Below are positions 31,050-43,559 of a stretch of 64,000 nt of DNA, piece by piece. Location: the NCBI RefSeq assembly GCF_964204865.1, contig NC_135251.1, positions 15,190,001 to 15,254,000 of the forward strand, given 5' to 3'. The position numbers were made by a program, and so were the translations under genes. The notes below the pieces were generated by a model, which saw nothing but the letters and a program-made list of their open reading frames with translations, was not told the DNA's origin and did not search any database. Origin of the DNA: Styela clava (taxonomy: Eukaryota). How positions within the stretch are numbered: position 1 is the stretch's first letter; the number at the start of each line of letters is the position of its first letter.

Positions 31050-31161
31050 AATGTATCTGATGAGTCACCGAAATTGCTTCAATGGAGTAAATGTTATATT
31101 ATTACTTTATTGGTAGCGTGTTCCAAGATAACAATTGCTAAAAGAATTACTGATTTGAATA

Positions 31162-31700
31162 TTAACCCTGTGGTAACTTTTCTGACACCCCTTGCTTGAA
31201 ACTCGCAAACTCAAAGGGATCGATAGGCCACGCTTTCGCGGTCTGTATTCATACTGAAAATCCAAATCAAGTGAGCTTTTGCCCTTTTGCTCTACGCGAG
31301 GTTTCCGTCCTCGCTGAGCTCACCTTAGGACACCTGCGTTACTCTTTGACAGATGTACCGCCCCAGTCAAACTCCCCGCCTGACACCGTCTTCAGAGCGG
31401 ATCGCCGGCGACCGAACGCCGCCGGCTTAAGGCCAGAAGTGTGACCCGGGGTTGCCGGGTCGCTTTTCGCTTTACTGAATAAGCAAAAAAACAATGGGAG
31501 TAGTGGTATTTCACTGTCGGCCCGAAGGCCTCCCACTTATCCTACGCCTCTCATGTCTCTTCACAAAGTCGGACTAGAGTCCAGCTCAACAGGGTCTTCT
31601 TTCCCCGCTAATTCCGCCAAGCCCGTTCCCTTGGCTGTGGTTTCGCCGGATAGCAGACAGGGACAGAGGGAATCTCGTTAATCCATCCAAGCGCGTCACA

Positions 31701-31731
<31 letters not shown>
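31162..31731 (-). rRNA. 28S rRNA: Isolated 28S rRNA fragment (non-functional)
   Basis: Reverse complement contains TTAAGGTAGCCAAATGCCTCGTCATCTAATT, GGGGAGTTTGACTGGGGCGGTACATCTG and ends in GAAAAGTTACCACAGGG; no flanking rDNA. Confidence 0.95.
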
Positions 31732-31774
31732 TAGATTGCGCCACGCCCGAAGAGTCAGACTCGTTTGTTGCGCA

Positions 31775-31782
31775 TATTTATA
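31775..31782 (-). promoter_or_regulatory. Candidate TATA box of dioxygenase A
   Basis: TATAAATA on the - strand ~45 bp upstream of the 28S insertion; GC-box-like GGGCGTGG nearby. Confidence 0.4.
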
Positions 31783-32082
31783 TGAGCGGAAAACGCTAAA
31801 ATGGAATAACCTTTTGTATGCAAACAATTTAATCGGTGAGTGTTTTAAATTTTTCTGAAGCCTGGAATAAGCAGAAATCACTGAAGCGTGACTGTGGTAA
31901 AACAGTGGGTATGACTGGCCAGAGAAGCTTATATCGTGTAACATTTACTGTTAGAAAAAACGAGTTTAACAAATTATCAAGAATCAAATGACTACAAATT
32001 TCTGCAGTTAGTGTTTCATATACGAGTATTTCGTCACTTGACGAATTGGCTATGAACTATTTTATATAAATGTCCATTAAAC

Positions 32083-32285
32083 GGTTCCATTACATTTGAA
32101 CCCACGTACATTTGAACCCATGACAATTGCACCTGTATGCTATTGCACCCATGGAATTTTTTTTGTTTTTCGGATAGTTGAACCCATACTAACCCTAACC
32201 CATGGGTTTTAGCACCCGCATATAGATTGAACCCGTGGATATACACATGGGTTCAAATGTACGTGGGTTCAAATGTACGGTCACC
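32083..32285. mobile_element. Palindromic MITE with 9-bp TSD and tandem subrepeats
   Basis: TSD ccattaaac at 32074-32082 and 32286-32294; acatttgaaccca repeats inverted; central ctaaccctaaccc. Confidence 0.8.
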
Positions 32286-33051
32286 CCATTAAACATGTAT
32301 GCGACTGTTTGCAACGATATGTCAAATTTGTCTGTGATCTTGGGTCGCTGCGTAAGATTGCTGTTTCGAATATATACAATATTAAAAATACTTAATGAAC
32401 TTTCGAAACATTTTTGTGTAAATGAAATCGCATTCATTCTGGAACGCTGATACGGATTCTGACTCTGATATTGACCTACATGATGCTTCGACGTTGCTGA
32501 GCAAATATTTTATACATTCCCTCTTGGACGGTATTAGGTTTATTATTTTAATTGCTACGTTATTGGGGACAAAGCTAGCATGCTACCAATTCTCCATTCT
32601 GAATTTTTCCTCGACCGCGTGGACGTACCTTGGTAATTACTGCACTGCGAGCTATTATTTGGTAACAACATAACACCTCCACATGGCTCACTCAATTGCT
32701 TGTGAATTGTCATGTAGACTTGACAAATACAAGCCAGTGAACTGCTGTGCATTTTGGTTAATAATGAACAAGCCTGTTTAAATATTGTTCAGAGATAATC
32801 ATACAAACAAACAGTAAACTTCTGCTCTTAATATTCGCAGTCGTAGGGGCTTAACTAGAATCAGTGTTTCAAAATACAATTGCAGAATTTTTAGCTATCA
32901 CCTCAATTTTGCATTAAAATTTTAGGAATGCCTGTCTAAGATCACATTTTGACATCTTGTAATTTTTTTGCATAATAACAACTCAACGAATCATAAGTTT
33001 CAATATTTGGAAATATATATATGCTAATCATTATATTTATCTATTGAATAG

Positions 33052-36000
33052 TTATTGATCATCCTTCTTCGGTATATATTCATAAGAAAATGTTTTGTTT
33101 TGCTCAGGGATATGGAAAATTTTTCCCTCCATGGTGGTGAAGTCGTCACACTCCAGAACAGCAGAATCAGGAACCTATAAGGAAAATACAGCAGGTTAAT
33201 TCAAACAATTCGTACCATTTTTCATGTGAAATCAGAGTTAGCGAAATCACTGATACTCAAAAATTTTAGCATGGCGTTTATTACATTTTTGAAGGCGGTA
33301 CTTTGTTTCCTTAGTCCGGAATCATTTCGGAAACAATAATAATTTAACACAACGTACAATTCGTGTCCAATAAGTACTTACCTTTATCAAGGTCGATTGA
33401 TTCAGAAAATGGTCCTTATACGTGTCGTTATCTGTCCTGCAAAACAAATCAGATTTGTGATATACATAGGAAATTGTAAACAATGATCTCAACACTTAAA
33501 AGAATCATATCAAAATTAGAAATGATCTGTCTAAATCTAAGTGTACTATCCTATATAAATATACTTCCCCGTGGTCTCAATAGAAAATGATTAACAAACA
33601 GACATACCGATTATAACACATAATGTAACTCCATCTTCGTCGATCGCTTAAATTTTGATCGCTGGTGTGCAGAAGATTGCAATGAAAGAATAAAGCATCG
33701 CCTGCTTTCTTGTCTACGTATATTTTTCCCATAGTTTGCAGAGCCTGGAATATAATTCTATGTAAATATATATTAATATCCATATGTCTATTTAACATAA
33801 TATATATAACATATATGTTTGTCCACAAAGTATAACCACAACCACAGCAGACTTTTTGGTTGGTATTTCATTCACTATTTAACGAAATGGAAGTTTGAAA
33901 AATTCTAATCCAGAATGTCATAGGCATTGGTTTCTATGTCAGACATCGATTAGGAGTGAAACCTAATGGTGGAAATTGTATTTGCTGCCTCATTGAAGGC
34001 CTACAACTTACCGCTTCTACTCGTTCCATGTCGGCTCCAGCCTGATCTCCTATTCTGCCGTGATAAATTCGTCCCATTTTGTGTGAGCCCCTGATGATCT
34101 GAGTTTTGAACATGTGACGCATGAACAAATCGTCATTTTATTTTTCGTATTTAACATCTAAAGTCACTTTGTCGTCCAAACATAAAAAATATAGCGGTGC
34201 CACGGCGACATAAAACTACTTTGGATGTGTCACACACCAAATATATATATATGACAATAACTGATCTCATATTTCATCTATGAAGATGAATAAGATAAAA
34301 GTAGTTCAAATAATGGTTTATATGTGTATTTTATCCTAAACATAAATCCTATTTATTCTTTTTACAACATACTTGTAATGTGCCATTTGTTTTGTCAGCA
34401 TCGTCAATAGCTACTTGAACAGACATCATGTCCGGTCGTAGAAATCCAAATAGATACCAATATCTAGAAATATAAAATGTTGTTCACACATATTTGCATA
34501 TTATACTTCTAATTTACTAAATAAGTTTCTAATAATCTCAACTGTGAAAGAATTTATATAGAGAACGACCGATAAAGGTGCTGGTTAGGATAAATTATAT
34601 CCGGTATCCGGTCGTAAGTTACTTGGCTACAGATAAAAGTTACTATGATAAAATAACTGAGATACTCAATAGGAATAATTGGAAAGTATAATAGCGAGGC
34701 TAATTTTAAAAAGATAGCTAACTTTACCTTTTTGCATGTCTCAACCACTCTTTCGGATCTGCCCATAATACCGCTATAATCTTCTCCAGGATGATTCCAT
34801 AGAATTATTCGGATTCTCCCATCCCTGCCATCTGAATCACTGTAGGTTCGTTTCATCAGTTCCGATTCTGGCGATTCCAAACTTTCACGCAGTTTTGCAA
34901 TTTCATCATTCGAAAATAAATTTCTGTCATTCAAATTTTGTCAATCAACTGTGTACATATAGAAGCTTTATGTTTGGTGAATTTGGTTAAAATATAATTT
35001 CCGAATATGCTTCGTATTTGTAGAATCTGTCATTACGCGAACTCAAATATCTATTTAATTGAATATATATACCTTATAAATGAAACAAAACGCATTGCAC
35101 CTGACAATTATGAATCCGTCTTTTTCAAAGTCACGCTTCATTGCTTCGGTAACTTCAAATTTGATACCAACTTTCTTCTGGTAGATCGGCAACTTCATTA
35201 TATTTTCTGGAATCGAATAATTACAATATACTCGTATGCGAGCTTTATGTACCGTCTGATTTTGACACGCCCAGGATTGGATTGACTAAAGTGCGGCTAT
35301 AAATTGCCACAAGCTTATAGAAGTAGTTTTTGCGAGAAAAGCTTCTGTGCCAACAGTGCATATATATATATATATATATTCCCCTAGGTAAATCGGATTT
35401 GATGATGCTATCAGGATTAGGAAAGCTATGGATTAGCCAATGACTAGAGAAAACATAGCGTCACGCTAATAATCGAATTGCGGAAGTCATTTTTGGCGAT
35501 TTCTCATTTTCGAGTTTGTGCATCTCTGATTCCAGCTTAGCGCGTATTAATTTGAATTTATACTACAAGATAGGAAGGCGTGCACTTGTGATATTCACTG
35601 TCCAAGTCCAATTCACCTTGGTTGGCTTTTATATTGGGTGCATTGCTGTTTTATTCTTTATATTTAATCTTAGCCTTATTTCGGTGGGTGTGCAGAACGT
35701 GTTATATTGATGAAATATATATTTTTAAACATAAAAAAAATATTGTTATTCAAACTGATTAGCTCTTTTGCTAATTACATTCGTTTTTGGAATGTTTAGT
35801 TTTCAGGACTGGTGCATATAGTAAAGTTGCAAAATTGCGTATGTCCCCAAGTCATAGACACATTCCTGCCTAAGTCACAGTGCGCCATTATGACGTCACT
35901 TAACTCAAACTGCATCATACAAATTAACTTAAATCTGGCTACGATCAAAAAATTGAACCATGGCAAAATATTGACTCTCAATGGCATAACAATATTATTA

Positions 36001-36329
36001 AGAAATTTTTTTTTATTATTAGGAAGTTTTTTTCTCAAAACTGCTAAAAATGACTTACGCAATTTGGTTATTAGCGTGACGATAGGGCAATGCAACATTA
36101 GCAGTTAGTGCGCCGGAGACCGAAGGTCACTAAACATATATATATACTATATAAATCGGGCAACTAGATGAGATGGCCCATTGATTGTACAATATCAAAA
36201 ATAGATATGAGAACGATCAAAAAGATATGAAAACGATCAAAAATAGGAATGAAAATGATTTTAATAGCATATATAGGCCGTAACAAACATAAATTTTAAA
36301 TAGAGCTCGGAACTAAACTCACGTTCCAT
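33052..36329 (-). pseudogene. PhyH-family dioxygenase copy B lacking the HQD exon; exons 36323-36329, 35101-35206, 34728-34923, 34373-34463, 34012-34098, 33608-33744, 33382-33436, 33052-33174
   Basis: Exon-by-exon paralog of copy A, but the 92-nt LIGGEV..WHQDYG exon is absent from 34464-34727, so exon 3 to exon 5 splicing would frameshift. Confidence 0.75.
35455..36086. mobile_element. Non-autonomous DNA transposon with ~45-bp TIR (CA terminus, possibly P-like); second copy at 59890-60701
   Basis: cgtcacgctaataatcgaattgcggaagtcattttt / aaaaatgacttacgcaatttggttattagcgtgacg; the internal sequence matches the 60-kb copy. Confidence 0.75.
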
Positions 36330-36806
36330 GATGTGATTGATTTGTCTTGAATATCTCTCTCCCCAATTTCTGCAATATCGCTAATATTTAGATAATTCTA
36401 TAAAGATGCTACGTCTTGAGTAAATGTAGCCTACTCAATAACTATATAAAACCACAATTTGAAAAGACGTCTCAGGCTATAGTATCAAAACAACCTAAAC
36501 ATTTTATTGTCAACCTTTAATTGGATAAATCACTGTTCCGAGCAGAATTTTGGTTATTGTTCACAGACAGACACATGCATCGGTTGCGGGTTCTGCTGTG
36601 GGCCAGATCTGAATTAAATCATTTTATACCTCTCTTTTAACCCTAGTCTTTCTAATACTCGAGTACTCGTCTTTAAAACTCTTACTGATATAGCGTACTT
36701 TTATAATGCTACTCTTTCGTTAGTACAACCGTCATAAAAACAAATATTTGCATTCAGAGGGTTCCAAGAGTCTTGTTGCATACTATCATAAATATATTTC
36801 GTATGG

Positions 36807-38120
36807 CCTTGTTAGGATATTTATGTTGGTGAGTATGTAGACTTTTGAATCACTTACAATAACTATATTCACTCTTGCTACAGCATCCCTACATTATATG
36901 ATACACAACAATACACATACGGGTCCACGGGCGCAAAAATGAAAGTGTAAGTGTAACAATAAGTTCTGTAAACTCATGCAGACTTTGTTATTATTAATTA
37001 TTTAAAACAGTGTAACCGGCAAAGACTTAGTTAATGAAAGATGATATCATTTTAGTCGCTTTCATTATCTTTGCACCCGCGGACATTTGCATCCCTACTT
37101 TTGCCCACAGATTTTATCGCCCGCATATAGATAGCCCAAGTATATACATTTATCTAAATCAGCGTACATTTGCACATGCCTGTTCATGGGCGCAAATGTG
37201 CGGTTATGCAAATATCTGTTATTGGGAATGTCCAGGGTACAAACGTCCGTGGTTGCAAATGTACATGGGTGCAAATGTGAAATGTACATGTGCGGGTGCT
37301 AATAACTGTAGGTACAAATATCGTGGGTGCAAAAGTATGCGGGTGCAAATGTTGTTGGTGCATTTTACGAGTGCAAATGTTCTTACACCATTTTAAACAA
37401 AATGTTCGGCGCTGACTTTTCCGATCTGTAGATATTTTGTCTTGCCTTGCTAGGATATTTATGTTAGTGAACAGTTAGACTTTGAATCACTTACAATAGC
37501 TACCTTCACTCTTGCTACAGCATCCCTACATTTTATTATAAACATATGGATCCACGGCGCAAAAATAGAAGAACGATGACCCAGTCAATAGCACAAGTTT
37601 ATATTCAAAATTAGCGATCATATACTGTAAAAGGGTGAACTTTTAATTGTATATATTTTGCTGCTAAATACCTTTCACTGTGTTTCCAAATTTATGAATC
37701 TAAATCTCTCACTTTTTTACGTGTAACAATAAGTTTTGCAAACTCGTGCAGACTTTGTTATTATTATTTAAAAACAGTAATAACAGGCAAACCCTCAGTT
37801 GGTGAAATATGATATAATTTTGCACTCACGAACATTTGCAAGCGCCCACATATAGACTGCACCCGTGAACATTTGCGCTCATGAACGTTTACAAACGGGT
37901 ACGGACATTCGAACCCGCGTGTTAATGGGTACAAATATGCGTTTATTTATGCCAATGTCCGAGGGTGCAATTGTTGGTGCAAACGTTCGTGGATGGAAAT
38001 AGGCACAGGTGGAATCTATATGCGCGGGGGATAAAATCTGTAAGTACAGATGTCCGTGAGTGCAGTTTACGGTTGCAAATGTGCCATCAACATTTTTTGC
38101 AGTGTTCAGCGCAGACGTTT
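36807..38120. repeat. Tandem duplication (~640-bp period), each unit carrying a degenerate palindromic tttgcaccc/gggtgcaaa element
   Basis: gccttg[t/c]taggatatttatgtt at 36807 and 37444; shared cactcttgctacagcatccctacatt and gtgtaacaataagtt blocks. Confidence 0.75.
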
Positions 38121-38315
38121 CCAATTCTTAGCCAAATCCAGTACGAAGATTTTATAACAGTTCATTTGAAACCTAATATCTTATACTTTAGTTTAATCGT
38201 CCAAATAAAAATATCCTAGACCACAAAGGTCACCCTTCAGGGTCGCACTCCCCCAGGCCAATTATCGAGACAGTTAGCGCTGCATTTGGTGTAGTGCAAA
38301 TGCTATAGTATAGGA

Positions 38316-39134
38316 CAGGGGTGGCCAACCTGCTTTCGACCGCGATCGACTAAAATCTTCAAAATAGATGGCGATCGACTGATCGGTAATAAGGTCTCAC
38401 GCAAAAACGAATGGGCACTGAGTGCGCAGATAACTGCACACACCCATACAAAAATTCCACCGCTGCCAATAAGAGGGCTTTGTGGGCATATTTATTATTA
38501 AAATCGGCACAGAATTTGTATTTTTTTAAGTTGTTGATTAAATATTTTTTCGTACCCGAATTAAATGTTTCATTATTTAAATCATACAATTCAGATAAAG
38601 GGCGTGTCTAATTTTTATCCGTAAGCGTTGAAAATTCTCCAAGAAACCTTGCGAGTATTATCCAAACAGCGAAAAATAAATATTAAATGAATGTTACGTG
38701 ACTGCTCAAACTTCAGTAGCCTATCTAACTTCTTCCAAACGCGACTCTTCTCTTGTTTAGAATTAGAACAAATTGAGCATTTTGATGCCACTGCAAATAA
38801 AATTTATCACACTACTCATGGAGTAAGACAATAAATTTCGCATACTGCGGAAGTTATTGTAGGATCGTTTTTCTCAGTCTAGACACGAGATATTCGGCAC
38901 TTCATTTTTAAACCTTGGCAGCGGTAAAACTTGCATTTTTCACGTAATAATATGCTTTTCGGGCTTGCCCAGACTCAAATACTGTATGTGTATATTGCGC
39001 ATGTAAAGTACTGTATTCTTTTTGTTGTAAAACACACAACTGGCTTGAGGCAATTTTTGGTGGTATTTTAATAAAATAAACGCGATCGACTGCACGAGAC
39101 GTGGCAATTGCAATCAACGTGTTGGCCACCCCTG
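38316..39134. mobile_element. Non-autonomous hAT element
   Basis: TIR caggggtggccaac / gttggccacccctg; TSD gtatagga / gtatatga; gcgatcgac subterminal motifs. Confidence 0.85.
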
Positions 39135-39353
39135 GTATATGATAACAGATGTAGGTCCGAAACCGGTGAATGCATACAGTAGAACGGCATCCTGTTTTCA
39201 AGCTCACTTATCTTGATTTCGATACTCTACCACGTAAACACTCAGTTTATAAGAGTTTGAATATGCGGAAATACGGTCTAAATCTAAATAACCTTCAAAT
39301 CAATAGTAACCATTGCAAGTAAATTGCAAAATTGATTCCACATTAAAAATGTA

Positions 39354-41913
39354 TTAAATTGATTTTCTAAAATGACAAAATCGGAAATTATCGAAAAGAT
39401 CCTTGTAAGATTCCACCATCCAATCAGCATAGGATGTTCGAAATATAGAAGAATGTGAAGAATCAACTTCCAGCCAGATTGACCTGAAAGATGAACATTG
39501 TATTACCAAAAGTAGAGTAAACGTGAATGATTCTAATTACGACAATTTGACGATATCTTTGACAAAGTAATATGCAAGAAATCAAAGATGAAATCTGTCA
39601 TTTATAACATTACAGCAAGTCAACAAGTTTAAAGATGGATGATATAGCAATTAGCGATAATAGGTCAGGGGTGGGAAACTTCTCTAGTCGGCGGGCCAGA
39701 TGTGGGAAAATGAAGTTCTCGGCGGGCCGGATTATAACATGAACAGTATTCAATATCTTAATCACATAATTATTCGCTAACGCAAGTAAGAAAGTTATAA
39801 ATCGCGTTTAAAGTAAAGTTTGAACTTTACAAAAAATAGAGACCAAAAAACACATAATGAATTTATCATAATGTACTACAAGTGTAATAATGTAATAGCA
39901 TAATGTAATGTACAGTTAGCGGGCCGGTCAAAATCTCGTCGCGGGCTGGGCCGTATGTTGCCCACCCCTGCAATAAGTGTTGCATCTCTCAACCAGAACA
40001 GGAAATTAATGTGTGAATCCTGGCATTACAAGTTATGTAATACCGCTTAACAAACTTTTTGCAACCAACCAGATGATGATCAGGATGCTATTCCAACAAC
40101 AGTGTATTTACCCATTCTTTGTCAGCATATGTTTAGCCAATTCTAGAATTCCGTCTATGACGTCAAGGCCTTTATTTCCACCATGTAGTGCTATATTATC
40201 TTCATACCTTAAAAGAGTTTTTCAATCTTGTTAAATATAAAGTGGTTTCATTAACTCATACCGGTCTATTTAAATAATCTATCAATGGTATAAAAGCTTA
40301 CATTGATATTTCATCTGGAAGATTTTTCATATCCGATGTTGGTATGTAGGGTGGGTTGCTGACAATAATATCGAATGGTGCAAATTTTTCCAGCAGTATA
40401 CTTTTTGCAACACCACATTCAATGTGAAGTATCTGAAGCTAAAACAAACAGAAAGTTTACATCAGTGTAAAAAAATACCACACAGATTTGCTATAGTTTC
40501 TTAGGACATGCATATGACAACAACAACATCTAAACAGCATGTCAATATTTTTTTTTCAGAACAAAAGATTCTTGAACCTTCAGTACAGAATCAGCTTTGC
40601 TGTTTTTTGATTATTTAACCAAAACACTGACTCTGTTTCTTTTAACAACATTTTTACCACATATTGTGTTCTTTGAAATAAATTATTCCCAATACAGGCA
40701 CAATCAGAAGTTGACATTCAAAACCTGTGGCACTCAAAGTGAACAAACAAGGAAGTTGATGATAAATGTTTCAATACCTTAGTCAACATGTCTAAGTTCA
40801 ACAGTTTAGAATTTTCTTTTGATAACTGGACTGCATGAGAAGTTGCATCTATAGCAACAAATTTCACATTTTCATGTTTCAAGTTGTGCAGCAAGGATAA
40901 TGTGATAGCACCTGATCCGCATCCTATTTCAAGAATCTGAAAGCACAAAATTATCATATTGTGTGGAATCAGAAAAACCTTAGCCATTTAATAATATTAG
41001 TCACACAATTCATATATCCTCATTCACATAAAAATTCATTGTGCAATAAAAATATGCAAGAGGAAAGAGTAACTGAATAAATAGTAAGTAATTGAGGTAT
41101 CAGGTTCTATTTGAACATTCTTTCTAGGAAACCAAATACGGGAAATATTTCAAGAAGAAATAATACAAAAAGTACATACTTTCAAAGGTGAGTTTTTTGA
41201 ACCATGATTGTTTAGACGGCATTTGATGCATTGTAAAACATGTTTTACAAGTTCCTCAGTTTCTGGACGCGGAATGAATACAGGAGGTTTCATTTTTAAA
41301 TTAACTCCAAAGAAATCCCACTCTCCAAGGATGTATTGTATTGGCATTCGTTTTAATCTTTTTACACATAGATCATTAACATATGATATCTTTTCATGTG
41401 GTATAAGATTGTTCATGCAACTTTGCGGGACAAGTGAAATCTGTTATAAATAAATTTTTGACCATTTATATATAAAAAAAAAGCACCAGAATCTGATCAA
41501 AGTTTTATCTTTCATTGACAAAATTACAATCGCTTGCCCTGGGATATTAATAAATAGTTATTAAGATCATGTAATGAAACTGAATTTGAAAATCAATCTA
41601 ATATATTTACCACTTCATATAACTATATAAATAATTCAACAAATGTAACATGACTCACAGTTTTTTTGTTAAACAGATGAGCAAATATATATCCCGCGGA
41701 TTCTTCTGGTTCAAGAATGTCATCAGAAATAAATCGATTGTACCAGTATTTGTATAATTCATTATATGTTTGAGAACTGTTTCTGATGTCTGATGAAAAT
41801 CTATGAATCTGGAGCATATTTTCAACACGAGTCACTGACAGACACTCACCAAGCAATTTGTAAGAGTTCAATATTTGTTTTAAAATTGTAGTCATTCTCC
41901 CCACATTATTCAT
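39354..41913 (-). CDS. HEMK1: HemK family release-factor glutamine N5-methyltransferase, ~345 aa; exons 41659-41913, 41180-41440, 40778-40936, 40302-40438, 40112-40207, 39354-39483
   Basis: RMPIQYILGEWDF, VFIPRPETEELV, LEIGCGSGAI (SAM binding), DIIVSNPPYI, ALHGGNKGLD, WLEV; exon phases are consistent. Confidence 0.92.
39666..39970. mobile_element. hAT MITE in the last HEMK1 intron
   Basis: TIR caggggtgggaaac / gttgcccacccctg; degenerate TSD taataggt / caataagt; gcgggcc repeats. Confidence 0.8.
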
Positions 41914-43559
41914 ACTAAGTCGAAAAATAACAGACAAAAAAATTAACAGGTCAACATATACACCACAAATTATTATTTATAATAATAAAATTAACATTTC
42001 ATAACCACTACTGGGATAGAATGGAAAGCTATGCGGTTGTTGACAAAGTAATATGCAAGAAATCAAAGATGAAATCTGTCATGCAAAACAACCAATGCAA
42101 TTATAAAATCATAATACGCAATAGGTAAAGCTCATCTGATTTTCCATAGAGGAGAAAAAGTAGAAATAACAACACGTACTCCTAAACTGGATAGCCTCTA
42201 GTAAATCATCATACAAGAAGTGCCTTTTGAAATCGAATACGGTTTTAAAAAAAAAAATTCTGGGCATAGAATATGGACTCTCATATAATCTCTCTTCCCA
42301 TAATCATATTTTTAGATCATCCCACATCCATATTTACAGAATGTAGCATTGAAGCATCTAAATCTTTTGCACCTGAGTGGGTGAGTATGTGTGTACCATA
42401 TGTTATGTCTATCAGTTTTTCATTTCCAACGCGTTTGATATCAACTGAATACTTGATGTTCATCATCATTGCTTCATAAGGAACATATGAGGGTCAGGAT
42501 TTTATAGAGCCTATGTCCCATTCCCGTCTTTGTTTGGTGAAACAATGGTGGTGCTAATAACAAATTCTTCAACATTTGCCTCCATCACAGAATCGGCATC
42601 AGAATCCGGATCTGGAAAATAAAAATTACAACAACCCATTATGCTGTTATGTACGGAATAAAAAGAATATTGCATATATCAGAATTTAGAACTTCATTCA
42701 TAAAGTATTGCCAGATTCATCAAACTTTGGGGTATTGTTTGTTACATTCTTTGGGTTTTTATATGTTAAACTAACTCAAAGAAGGGTAAGCATTGCTCAT
42801 TGACTGCATAAAATTCCATGTTTATCAATTCATGTACCTTCAAAATCTGATCCAGAGTCTGAACTTTGTGTTGAATATTTCTTGACAGTATCTTGGAATT
42901 CAATATCATCATCATCTGAAGATGATCCCGTTTTTTTTCTTCTCTTATTTGATAGAAATGCCTGATATTCAGCAACTAATTCAGCTGTTGTTAATTGAGA
43001 TTTCAAAACTGATGTCCATTCCTAACACAAAAGAAAAACATTTCAAGTCACTTACAATCAAAGCAAATTTATTATCAATTCGGATAGTAGAGAATTTAAA
43101 GATTCAAATCAACAATTATAATTCATTAGAATATGTTCGATATGTCAAAAGTCTTAATAATCAGTAGAACCAGATTTGAATCCCTAATCCTGAGAGATTG
43201 ATACCCCGAATTCATTAAATTTTATAGCTAGAAAACCAACCAATAAACTGGCCTTTGTGTATTCGTAGAAACACTTTTAAAACATGGTTCAATTTACAAT
43301 AGATTTGATGTTCAATATATTTCAGGGAATGTATTCAAAATGGCAAATGATTAATGACATTGAATTTTGACAGCTATTTCATTTGGTTTCAACTGATGTT
43401 CTTAAATTAAATGTTTCACATTTATATTATTACTGGTTTCATGCTATGGTTGTATGTTGTTGTTGTGCAAATAAACTAGACACCTTTGATTGAACTTTTT
43501 CCACTGGGCTTGGACTGTCATTTTCCAGTCCCGTTACTGTTTCACATTGAATACGAGTA

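Noticed and set aside
31044-31090. Minimal hammerhead-like core ctgatga-gtcacc-gaaa antisense to the dioxygenase A start
   Set aside because: The cleavage position would be AUG (not NUH) and stem I does not form adjacent to the core; likely chance.
31196-31536. ORFs 31196-31444 and 31339-31536
   Set aside because: Spurious translations of the 28S fragment.
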